A DNA stretch of 64,000 nt from contig CAWANH010000028.1 of the NCBI GenBank assembly GCA_963783375.1, positions 1,248,001 through 1,312,000 on the forward strand. Direction: 5' to 3'. Both the position numbers and the translations under genes were made by a program. The notes beneath the pieces were generated by a model. It was given only the letters and a program-made list of their open reading frames with translations. It did no database searches and was not told the DNA's origin. This DNA is from Candidatus Eiseniibacteriota bacterium (GTDB taxonomy: Bacteria; Eisenbacteria; RBG-16-71-46; JABDJR01). Below, piece after piece: positions 31,421-39,991 of the stretch; positions within the stretch are counted from its first letter, which is position 1, and each line of letters starts with the position of its first letter.

Positions 31421-32092
31421 CTAGTGCCGGGGGCAGGAGCAGTCGGTGGAGTCGCCCTTGTCGAGGTAGAAGTCCAGGTGGTTGGCGGCCTCGCAGGCGG
31501 CCAGCGTCGCGGCGGCAATGGCAAAGCAGACCGCCGCGCCGAACATTCCGACGATGGGGCCGATGGAGATGAGGCAGTTCTGGAGCGCGGCGTTGGCGAT
31601 CGCCGCGCAGGCCATGTCTCCCGCACCGTGGGCGATCCCCTTGAGGATATCCTCGGCCCCGCCGCGGTCGATTTCATTCACGTCTCCCCGCCAGAGCACC
31701 TGCCCGGTGGCAGCGTTGGTCAGGGTGCCGGTTGCGGGGTCGACTCTCGCCCCGCCCAGGTAGCGGCCCCGATCGGTGACCAGGTTGACGGTAAGGGCGC
31801 CTCCCTCCTCCTCCCCGATCACCTTGAGCACGCGGCCCAGGCGGGAATGCCCGAAGACGCCGACCTGGATCGGACCGCTCCAGCGTCCGGGGACGGTCCG
31901 GTTCACCGCCCGGACCGCGCTCTGGGCCACGGTCGGGGTGAGTCCGGGGCCGGTGATGACGTCGGGCCCGGTGGCGTAGAGCGCCTTGATCCTCCCCCAG
32001 GTGGAGGGGACCGAGGCCTCGACCGGAACCACCGCGAATCCGATGCTGGTGACGAGGAGGAAGGAGGCGACGAGAGAACGATGGCGACGCAT
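31421..32092 (-). CDS. Secreted protein with a Cys/Ala/Gly-rich bacteriocin-like C-terminus
   Basis: AAGGA RBS, signal peptide, STWGRIKALY motif; six Cys in the last ~65 aa. Confidence 0.7.
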   Translation of the reverse strand: MRRHRSLVASFLLVTSIGFAVVPVEASVPSTWGRIKALYATGPDVITGPGLTPTVAQSAVRAVNRTVPGRWSGPIQVGVFGHSRLGRVLKVIGEEEGGALTVNLVTDRGRYLGGARVDPATGTLTNAATGQVLWRGDVNEIDRGGAEDILKGIAHGAGDMACAAIANAALQNCLISIGPIVGMFGAAVCFAIAAATLAACEAANHLDFYLDKGDSTDCSCPRH

Positions 32093-32305
32093 GATGAGGG
32101 TTTCCTTTCTTCGTGCGGACGGAAGAAAGGACGGGTCGACGGTTCCGCCATGCATGGAGGATGCCGGGCCGGTGCGACGCCCACAGGCGGGTGACCGGTC
32201 CGGCCGGAGGCGCGCGGGTGACGAGGCCTCGTCGCCGGGCGCACGGAATCCGGCGAAGGCGCCGGCGCCGCCGGTTCGGCGGACGTCGCCTCGTCGTGAG
32301 AACGG

Positions 32306-32400
32306 CGGGGGATCGAGCTTGCCGCCGGGGGACCGGATCGGCGCGGCCGCCGGCTCGTCCTGAATGGGCCGGGGGATTGAGCTTGCCGCCGGGGGACCGG
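32306..32400. repeat. Two 31-bp direct repeats separated by 33 bp
   Basis: CGGGGGAT(C/T)GAGCTTGCCGCCGGGGGACCGG at 32306-32336 and 32370-32400. Confidence 0.85.
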
Positions 32401-32417
32401 TGGTGTCTGATAGCGAC

Positions 32418-33467
32418 ATGATTCGACGTGTGGTCATCCCCGACTTCGGGGACGTGGACGTGCTCGAGGTGCGAAGCGGTCCGCCCCCGGCGCTCGAACC
32501 GGGAACGGTGCGGGTGCGGGTGGCCGCGGCCGGGGTGAACTTCGCCGACCTGGTGATGCGGATGGGGCTCTACCCCGAGGCGCCCCCGCGCCCCTTCGTC
32601 CCCGGCTACGAGGTGTCGGGGGTACTGACCGAGGTCTCCGAGGAGGCGGCGCGGGCCCGGCCGGAGTTGAAGCCCGGGCTCCGGGTGATCGCGGGGACCC
32701 GGTTCGGCGGCTACGCGGAGGAGATCGTGACCCCACCGGGGAAGGTGTTTCCGCTCCCCGCGGACTGGTCCTTCGAGGAGGGGGCGGCCTTCCCGGTGAC
32801 CTACATCACCGCGTGGTTCGCCCTGGTGGCCATGGCCCGGGTCCGGGCGGGGGACTACGTGCTGGTGCACGGGATCACCGGCGGGGTGGGCTCGGCCGCG
32901 CTCCAGATCGCCCGGGCGGCGGGGGCGCACGTGGCCGGCACCTGCGGCGGGCCGGAGAAGGCGCGGATCGCCGAGAGCTGGGGCGCGGAGCGCGGGATCG
33001 ACTACCGGAGCGAGCACGTGCCCGCGGTGGTTCGCGCCTGGGCCCCCGACGGCGTGGACATCGTGCTGGAGTCCCGCGGGGGGAAGGGGCTTCGCGAGAG
33101 CCTGGCGTTGCCCAAGCCGACCGGGCGGGTGGTCACCTACGGGGTGAGCGAGATGGCCTCGGGGCGGAAGCGGAACTGGTTCACCGCTGCCCGCGCCCTC
33201 TGGCCGTTCCTGTGGATGAACCCCCTCAAGCTCATCCAGCGGAACCACGGACTCTTCGGCCTGAACGTGCTCGCGATGTGGGGGGAGGACACGGTGATGG
33301 ACTCGGCGATCGCCGGCTTGCGGGCGGGGGCGGAGTCCGGCGCCTACCGCCCCGTGCTCGACCGCACGTTTGCGTTGGCCGAGGCCCCGGCGGCGCACCG
33401 ATATCTGCACGAGCGGCGGAACCTGGGGAAGGTCGTGCTCACGACCGGGGTGGAGATGCCGGGCTGA
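32418..33467 (+). CDS. Zinc-independent MDR oxidoreductase (VAT-1/quinone reductase-like)
   Basis: GVNFAD, PGYEVSG, TYITAW, GGVGSAA and RNLGKVVL. Confidence 0.9.
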   Translation: MIRRVVIPDFGDVDVLEVRSGPPPALEPGTVRVRVAAAGVNFADLVMRMGLYPEAPPRPFVPGYEVSGVLTEVSEEAARARPELKPGLRVIAGTRFGGYAEEIVTPPGKVFPLPADWSFEEGAAFPVTYITAWFALVAMARVRAGDYVLVHGITGGVGSAALQIARAAGAHVAGTCGGPEKARIAESWGAERGIDYRSEHVPAVVRAWAPDGVDIVLESRGGKGLRESLALPKPTGRVVTYGVSEMASGRKRNWFTAARALWPFLWMNPLKLIQRNHGLFGLNVLAMWGEDTVMDSAIAGLRAGAESGAYRPVLDRTFALAEAPAAHRYLHERRNLGKVVLTTGVEMPG

Positions 33468-33626
33468 GTCGGGTGTCGCAGTTCTTCGCCTCGCCGGAGC
33501 GCCGCGGCCGATCCACCGTGCATCCCCGGGATGCCTCGGCGCGGCGTTCACCCGGGGGAACGCTGGCCCCGGGCGGAGGAAGGTGAGTCCCGGGCCATTC
33601 CTCACGGTCCGCAACGAGGAGGATCC

Positions 33627-34559
33627 ATGCAGCACCCCGAACGCAACACTCCAGGCAGCCGCATGGCGGCGCAGGATCTCCCCGGCGACCGCGCGCCGGG
33701 GCACGAATCCCCCGGCGACACCCTCGCGGTGATCGGCGCCGGCACCATGGGCCACGGGATCGCCCACGTGGCCGCCCGAGCCGGCTACGCCGTCCGGCTA
33801 TACGACGTGGCCGGGGACGCCCTGGCCAAGGGCCTGAAGGCCATCGACGCCGACCTCCAGAAGGGGGTCGACAAGGGCAAGGTCTCTCCGGAGTCGCGGG
33901 CCGCCGCCCTGCACTGCATCCGGGGGGAACGGGATCTCGCCCGCGCGATCGACGGCGCGGACATCGTGATCGAGGCCGCCCCCGAGGATCTCGCCCTCAA
34001 GCGGCGCATCTTCGCCGACGTCGCCGCCCACGCCGCGCCCGGCGCGCTCCTGGCCACCAATACCTCCTCGCTCCCGGTGGGGGAGATCGCCGCCTCGGTT
34101 CCTCACCCTGAACGCGTGGCCGGGATGCACTTCTTCAACCCCGTCCATCTCATGCCGCTCCTTGAGATCGTCAGGGCCGAGGCGACCTCGGAAGCGACGA
34201 TCGCCCGCGCCGTCGACGCCGGCGCGCGAATGGAAAAGGAGTGCATTGTGGTCCGCGATGTCCCCGGCTTCGCCACCAGCCGGCTGGGCGTGGTGCTGGG
34301 CCTGGAAGCAATGCGGATGCTGGAGAGCGGCGTGGCCTCGGCCCCCGACATCGACAAGGCCATGACCCTGGGTTATCGCCATCCCCTGGGGCCGCTCCGG
34401 CTCACCGACCTGGTGGGTCTCGACGTGCGCCTGGCCATCGCGGAGCACCTTCACCGGGCGCTGGGCTCGGAGGCGTTCCGCCCCCCCGAGATCCTACGGA
34501 GCATGGTGGCCGAGGGACGGCTCGGGAAGAAGAGCGGCCGCGGGTTCTACGAGTGGTGA
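33627..34559 (+). CDS. 3-hydroxyacyl-CoA dehydrogenase
   Basis: GAGTMGHG, TNTSS, GMHFFNP, PGF and GKKSGRGFY. Confidence 0.93.
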   Translation: MQHPERNTPGSRMAAQDLPGDRAPGHESPGDTLAVIGAGTMGHGIAHVAARAGYAVRLYDVAGDALAKGLKAIDADLQKGVDKGKVSPESRAAALHCIRGERDLARAIDGADIVIEAAPEDLALKRRIFADVAAHAAPGALLATNTSSLPVGEIAASVPHPERVAGMHFFNPVHLMPLLEIVRAEATSEATIARAVDAGARMEKECIVVRDVPGFATSRLGVVLGLEAMRMLESGVASAPDIDKAMTLGYRHPLGPLRLTDLVGLDVRLAIAEHLHRALGSEAFRPPEILRSMVAEGRLGKKSGRGFYEW

Positions 34560-34731
34560 GCGGAAGGCGTCCCGCCTCGGCACGGGGTGGGTGAGGGGGG
34601 GAGAAACGGGCGCGGCGATCGCGGTGAAAACGGGTGGCGCCGGGCGGCGCAAAGCCCCGCGCAACCCGACTTCCCCGGTTCTCAGCCCCATCCTCCCGGC
34701 GTATCATCGGCCGGAGGAGAATCGTCACCGC

Positions 34732-36042
34732 ATGCTCAAGAACTACATCCTCGACACCAACGTGCTGCTCCACGACCCGGGATCCCTGGTCTCGTTCCAG
34801 GACAACACGGTCATCGTCCCGATCTACGTGATCGAGGAGGTCGATCACTTCAAGAAGGAGGCCTCGGAGCTGGGGCGGAACGCCCGCGAGGTCTCGCGCA
34901 TCCTCGACCGGTATCGCGCGGAGGGGAACCTCGCCCAGGGAGTGGATCTCCCCACCGGCGGCCGCCTTCGGGTGGTGATCGATCACGATTACCCGCTCGA
35001 GGCGATGAACGGAAGCCCATCCAAGGTGGACCACGCGCTTCTCTCCCTGGCGCTCAAGATCCGGGGGGAACGGGAGGGGGAGCTGCCGGTGATCCTGGTG
35101 ACCAAGGACACCAACCTCCGGATCAAGGCGGACGCTCTCGGCATCAAGGCCGAGGACTACGAGACCGGCCGGGTGGACCTGAACGAGCTTTATCGCGGTG
35201 CGGTGGACCTGACCCTGTCGCGCGAACAGGTGGAGGCGCTCCGCGCGGGGGAAACCCTGCCCGCGCCTCCCGGGGACTTCTACCCCAACGAGTACGCCTT
35301 GGCCCTCTCCGGCGGCGAGCCGGTGGTCTCGGCCCTGGCCCGCATCTCGGCCGACCTCGCCGGGCTCCAGCCGCTACACCTCCCCGACCGGCCGGTCCTG
35401 GGGCTGAAGCCCAAGAACAAGGAGCAGCACTTCGCTCTGGACGCGCTGCTGGACCCCGAGGTGAAGCTGGTGACCCTGATGGGAAAGGCGGGAACGGGGA
35501 AGACCATCCTGGCCATCGCCGCCGGACTCCAGCAGGTGGAGGAGCAGGGGACCTACGCGAGGCTCCTGGTATCGCGGCCGATCTTCCCCATGGGACGCGA
35601 CATCGGCTATCTCCCCGGCGAGGTCGAGGAGAAACTCAACCCCTGGATGCAACCGATCTACGACAACCTCGAGTTCATCCTCGAACGCCAGCGGGGGCGC
35701 AAGGGGTTCACGATCGGGAAGCTCCTGGCCGGCGGCACCATCGGCATCGAACCCATCACCTACATACGGGGAAGGAGCATTCCCGGGCAGTTCCTGATCG
35801 TGGACGAGGCGCAGAACCTCACCCCGCTCGAGGTGAAGACCATCATCACCCGCGTGGGCGAGGGGACGAAGATCGTGCTCACCGGCGATCCCTACCAGAT
35901 CGACAACCCTTACGTGGACGCCTCCTCCAACGGATTCAACTACCTGGTGCAGAAGTTCCGCCCCGAAGCCCTGGCCGCACACGTGGAGCTGGTCAAGGGG
36001 GAACGAAGCCTGCTCGCGGAACGCGCGTCGGACCTTCTCTGA
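34732..36042 (+). CDS. PhoH2-type PIN-PhoH ATPase
   Basis: PIN domain (LDTNVLLHDP, VTKDTNLRIKA); GKAGTGKT, RGRS, DEAQN and GDPYQID. Confidence 0.93.
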   Translation: MLKNYILDTNVLLHDPGSLVSFQDNTVIVPIYVIEEVDHFKKEASELGRNAREVSRILDRYRAEGNLAQGVDLPTGGRLRVVIDHDYPLEAMNGSPSKVDHALLSLALKIRGEREGELPVILVTKDTNLRIKADALGIKAEDYETGRVDLNELYRGAVDLTLSREQVEALRAGETLPAPPGDFYPNEYALALSGGEPVVSALARISADLAGLQPLHLPDRPVLGLKPKNKEQHFALDALLDPEVKLVTLMGKAGTGKTILAIAAGLQQVEEQGTYARLLVSRPIFPMGRDIGYLPGEVEEKLNPWMQPIYDNLEFILERQRGRKGFTIGKLLAGGTIGIEPITYIRGRSIPGQFLIVDEAQNLTPLEVKTIITRVGEGTKIVLTGDPYQIDNPYVDASSNGFNYLVQKFRPEALAAHVELVKGERSLLAERASDLL

Positions 36043-36273
36043 GTTTCCCCCGGCGATCCGTGACCACGCTGATCGCTCCACGGGATCTCGCCATCCGCTC
36101 CGGAATTTCCCCCGCGACCCGTGCCGATGGTGATCGCTCCGCAACGCTCCAACCCCCACGTTGAGACTCTCCCCCGCGTCCTGGATGCGAGGCGGGACAA
36201 GGACTTCCGGTGATCTTGCCGTCTCCCGGCGATTCGCGGGAGCGCCGGTCAGGCCGCCAACGGCCCGCCGGAC

Positions 36274-36427
36274 TTCTCAACAGACCCCCCGGCGGTTTCG
36301 CAAATTTTCCGCCGGCCTCCGAACCGACAAGCGCGCATGATGTTGGCTACCATGGGTAGGCGCGCGGCGAAAACCGGGAGGCGGGTTTCTCCACGACCCT
36401 TCCACACTTTCCACAGCCTTATGCACA
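36274..36427 (+). promoter_or_regulatory. Cluster of co-oriented DnaA-box-like 9-mers
   Basis: TTCTCAACA 36274, TTCTCCACG 36387, CCTTCCACA 36398, CTTTCCACA 36407, TTATGCACA 36419, against consensus TTWTNCACA. Confidence 0.6.
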
Positions 36428-36572
36428 CGGGCCGATGGGAGAAAACTCCAAGACACCATGCGGCTTGCGCCGGACGCTTCAATCGGGGCGCGAGATTCCG
36501 GTGCGTTCCGCCCGCAGGCGCCGATTGTTGAGCGCGTTCGGAAGCCATAATGCGCGCATGGAGCGAAACTTT

Positions 36573-36601
36573 TTGACCTGGCTCCGGACCCGCGTTACCT
36601 T
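36573..36601 (+). promoter_or_regulatory. Sigma70-like promoter for the putative ncRNA
   Basis: TTGACC-17-TACCTT; predicted start near 36608. Confidence 0.55.
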
Positions 36602-36607
36602 GGGTTC

Positions 36608-37536
36608 GAGGGTCGTGATCGACCTGTCCGGCACCGACACCCGGCTTTGCCGGGACAAGGTGCAAGAACCCCAGGAGGGGCGGCGATCTCTGCGGAGAAA
36701 GCCAAGGACCTCCGCGGTGAAGACTCCGAAGGGTGCGCCGAGGCAGGCGGCTTGTCCGCCGACCGGAGCGAAGCCCATGGGAGGAGGCGCTCGTGAAGAG
36801 CGAGGCCGCCGCGGGGGGAGATGAACCCCTGGAGGGGAAGAAGCCCAAGGGAGGCACGAGCCGTCACGGCGCTTCGGCGCCGGCACGGCCACGGACTTCC
36901 ACGGAGACCAAACCCCGGAAGGCGGGCGAGGACACTGCTGAATCGAGCGCAGCAGGTCCGCTTGAGCCAACGTCAGGCGGGGAGGACCGAACCGAGAGGT
37001 CCGGACCATGCCGTGGAAGGGGAACCCTTCGAAGGGCGGAATCCCAGGAGCGTACCGGTCTGAAACACGGTCGGAAGGTTGCGGGAGGAACAAGGCGTCA
37101 GGAGGGTGCGAAACCCTGGAGACGCAGCGTACCCGGGCGAGGTAAACCCGGGGAAGTCGCTTCCCGCCTCCGGAAACGCTGTAGGGAGACAAACCCTGGT
37201 GAGGCGTGTGTCGCCGAGAGGCGGTGCGCGGCCCGGTTCGGTCAAACTCCGAAGGAGAGCGGAAGTCCAGGAGAGGCTCGCGACAACTTTCTCACGATGA
37301 CCGTCGCGACGGCGGGCACCGGAAGGCCTTCGGCGGGGCGTTAAAGCGACCCAGGTCCGAAGGAAGCGCGGAACCGATGACCGCGCTACGGATGCCCGAG
37401 GCAACCTCTGAAGGATGCGTAACTCCACGGGAGGAGGCGTTGTCGGGGTGACCCGGCTTCGCAGTCGATCCGGCGAGAAGTCTCAGAAGGGGAAACGGAC
37501 AGGCGGCGGCCCTCGTTTTTCTTGTAGCCAGCCCTC
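36608..37536 (+). ncRNA. Putative large (~930 nt) modular structured ncRNA
   Basis: No credible ORF. End-to-end pairing, more than 15 helices, GNRA/UUCG/T-loop caps, G-U-rich stems favouring the + strand, and a repeated internal module. Confidence 0.7.
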
Positions 37537-37825
37537 CCAGGGGGTCCGAAACCTCGGATCTCCGGCGCGAGGAGCCGGAAGCCGCCGCCAAGGTGCGCCG
37601 CCGACTCTCCCACCGCGCGGCGGCGCCGAGCGCGTCGCTCTCCCGGGTGCCGATCCGTCCTCAGGCACCCGTCTATCCGGTCCCGCCCGGATTTGCCGTC
37701 CGCGCTCCTCGCCCAACCGGCTCGGGCAACCGCCTGCCTGCTCGGCAGGGTCCCGAAACGCCCGCCGAGTCGTCGGCCTTTCCCCTCGGATCACTCCGGT
37801 CACCCCCCCCGCGTCAACGATCCGT

Positions 37826-38374
37826 TCAGCCTTCCCACTCCGGCAGCTCGCCCTCGGGGATCGCCCGCAGAAGTGGGTTCCCCCGGTCGCGCCCCGAGAG
37901 GATCGGCGCGTCGATTCCCCAGGGAACGCCCAGGTCGGGATCGTTCCACGCCACCCCCAGCTCGTCGTCGCCGTCGTAGTAGTTGTCCACCACGTAGGCC
38001 AGGGTGCAGTCGGTGAGGGCCAGGAAACCGTGGGCCACCCCCACCGGCACGAACACCCCCATCGGCTCCTGCTCGTCGAGGTCGATCACCTCCCGGCCCC
38101 CGCGGGTGGGGGAGCCGCGCCGGATGTCCACCAGGGCGATCCGGATCCGGCCGGCCATCGGCACCCAGTAATCGATCTGCCGCCGATGGTAGTGCAGGCC
38201 GCGCAGCACGCCCTCCCGCGAGTCGGATCGGTTGCCCTGGACGGCCTCCCAGTTCCGCTCCGGAAACCACTCCCGGCGGAAGGTTTCCAGGAAACGCCCG
38301 CGCTCGTCGGAGAACGGTTTCAGGACCGCGAACTTGACCCCGCGTATGCGGCTCGACTCCCGGATCTCGATCAT
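37826..38374 (-). CDS. rfbC: dTDP-4-dehydrorhamnose 3,5-epimerase
   Basis: DERGRF, GVLRGLHY, DIRRGSPT, GVAHGF and WNDPDL. Confidence 0.92.
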   Translation of the reverse strand: MIEIRESSRIRGVKFAVLKPFSDERGRFLETFRREWFPERNWEAVQGNRSDSREGVLRGLHYHRRQIDYWVPMAGRIRIALVDIRRGSPTRGGREVIDLDEQEPMGVFVPVGVAHGFLALTDCTLAYVVDNYYDGDDELGVAWNDPDLGVPWGIDAPILSGRDRGNPLLRAIPEGELPEWEG

Positions 38375-38636
38375 GGTTTCCTCCGGCGCCTCGGCGCCGC
38401 CCCCCGCGGCCGCGCCAAGCCCCGACGCCCGGCCGCGGCCCCTGCGCCTCGACCGCGCCAATCTCTGCGGCCGGGGGCCGCGCCGGCCACCGCGGCTCGA
38501 TCGTGTCCGCCGATCCCTGGTACTCTTCAGGAAGGCCGTCACCCCCGCGCTCGCCCGGCGCCCGGCGCCGACGGCCTAACTTTCACTTGAGCAAGCCGTT
38601 ATCATAACAAAGACCGAAACCGCGAGGAGGCGTTCG

Positions 38637-38957
38637 ATGGCACGTTGGGTCGAGGTGGGCAAGGATGGGGATCTCGCCCCGGGAGAATTCAAGCTCGTGG
38701 AGGCGGGGGACCTGGAGCTGGCGCTCTTCAACGTGGAGGGAAAGCTCTGCTGCATCGAGGACCTCTGCACCCACGACGGGGGAAACCTGGTGGAGGGGGA
38801 CCTCGAGGGCCGGGTCGTGACCTGTCCCCGGCACGGGGCCACCTTCGACGTCTGCACCGGCGAGGCGCTGAGCCTCCCCGCGGTGGCCCCCACCCCGGTC
38901 CACGGGGTCCGGGTGCGGGACGGGGTGGTCGAGATCGAGGTCGAGGACGAGAATTGA
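38637..38957 (+). CDS. Rieske [2Fe-2S] ferredoxin
   Basis: CTH...CPRH motifs; AGGAGG RBS. Confidence 0.93.
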   Translation: MARWVEVGKDGDLAPGEFKLVEAGDLELALFNVEGKLCCIEDLCTHDGGNLVEGDLEGRVVTCPRHGATFDVCTGEALSLPAVAPTPVHGVRVRDGVVEIEVEDEN

Positions 38958-38986
38958 CCCGGGGCATTTGATTTCGAGGGAACGTC

Positions 38987-39892
38987 ATGGCAAGCCGCAA
39001 GCAACGACAGATCGCCCTCCTCAAGGTCCTGGCCGCGGCGGCCTGGGCGGACGGACGGCTGGACAACGAGGAAGTGAACCGCATCAAGGAGCTCATGCTG
39101 GCCTACGAGCTGGAGCCCGAGGAGATGCACGGGGTGCAGGCGCTCCTCGAGGCCCCGGTCTCCTACGCGCGGTGCGAGGAGCTGACCCGGGAACTCCTGG
39201 GCATGGTGAGCTCCAAGGGGGAGCGGGAGGTGGTGCTGGAGGAGGTGGAACGGATCTTCCGCGCCGACGGCCGGGTGGACGCCGACGAACGCGAGGTCCT
39301 GGAGGGGCTCAGGGGCGTCATGGACGCCATGAACTCGGTGGACCATTTCATGGGCCGCATCACCGGGGTCTTCCGCCGGGTGTTCGCGGGACGCGAAGCC
39401 GGGTCCTCGCCGGGCGAGCTGAGCGAGTACCTCAAGAACACCGTGCTCCTGCGTCTCGACGACCTCTCCCACGGAGCCTGGCGGGAGGGATTCGACGCCG
39501 AGAGCCTGAACCGGTACACCCTGTTCGGGGCGGTTCTGGGCCGGGTGGCCGACGTGGAGGACGGGGTCTCGGACGAGGAGCTGGCCAAGGTCCGCGCCAT
39601 CCTGGCCGAGCGCTTCGGGATCGAGCCGCCGCTCCTCGACTGGATCGCTCAGGCGGTGCGGGAGGCCGCGTCGGCCCGGATGGACCGCCAGGCGCTCCTG
39701 AGCGAGTACAACCGGATCGCCGACATGACCCAGCGGAAAGAGCTCCTGGACGCCGCCTTCGCGGTGGCCGCCGCCGACGGAACCGTCGGGAAGGCCGAGC
39801 TGGAGGAGCTCCGGCTCATCTCGAACTTCCTCTGGATCGATCGGCGCGACTTCGCCGACATCCGGCGGCCCTGGATGCGGTACGAGGGCTGA
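38987..39892 (+). CDS. Tandem TerB-like domain protein
   Basis: AWADGRLDNEE, ADGRVDADE, DGVSDEE and AADGTVGKAE. Confidence 0.8.
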   Translation: MASRKQRQIALLKVLAAAAWADGRLDNEEVNRIKELMLAYELEPEEMHGVQALLEAPVSYARCEELTRELLGMVSSKGEREVVLEEVERIFRADGRVDADEREVLEGLRGVMDAMNSVDHFMGRITGVFRRVFAGREAGSSPGELSEYLKNTVLLRLDDLSHGAWREGFDAESLNRYTLFGAVLGRVADVEDGVSDEELAKVRAILAERFGIEPPLLDWIAQAVREAASARMDRQALLSEYNRIADMTQRKELLDAAFAVAAADGTVGKAELEELRLISNFLWIDRRDFADIRRPWMRYEG

Positions 39893-39991
39893 TCGGGAAG
39901 GGGGGCGCCGCGGCCTCGGCGACCCCCATCGCGGTGCGGGCAGGCGCCGAGGCCCCGGTGACCGGCCCCGCGGAACGCGGGGCCCGGCCCC

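Noticed and set aside
32306-32400. CRISPR array
   Set aside because: Only two repeats, no cas genes, no AT-rich leader.
37261-37460. RNase P-like words GGAAGTCC and ACCCGGCTT inside the large RNA
   Set aside because: Both are imperfect, only about 190 nt apart, and each sits within a local module or hairpin; the element is far longer than RNase P RNA. An Rfam scan should confirm.
36733-37610. Group II intron (GTGCGCC at 36733, GAGCCGG at 37572)
   Set aside because: The putative domain V lacks its complementary 3' arm, and there is no RT ORF or interrupted gene.
36249-37803. ORF-track ORFs across the 36-37.8 kb gap
   Set aside because: R/P/G/S-rich with no motifs, no RBS and no coding-like third-position bias; expected by chance in GC-rich DNA.
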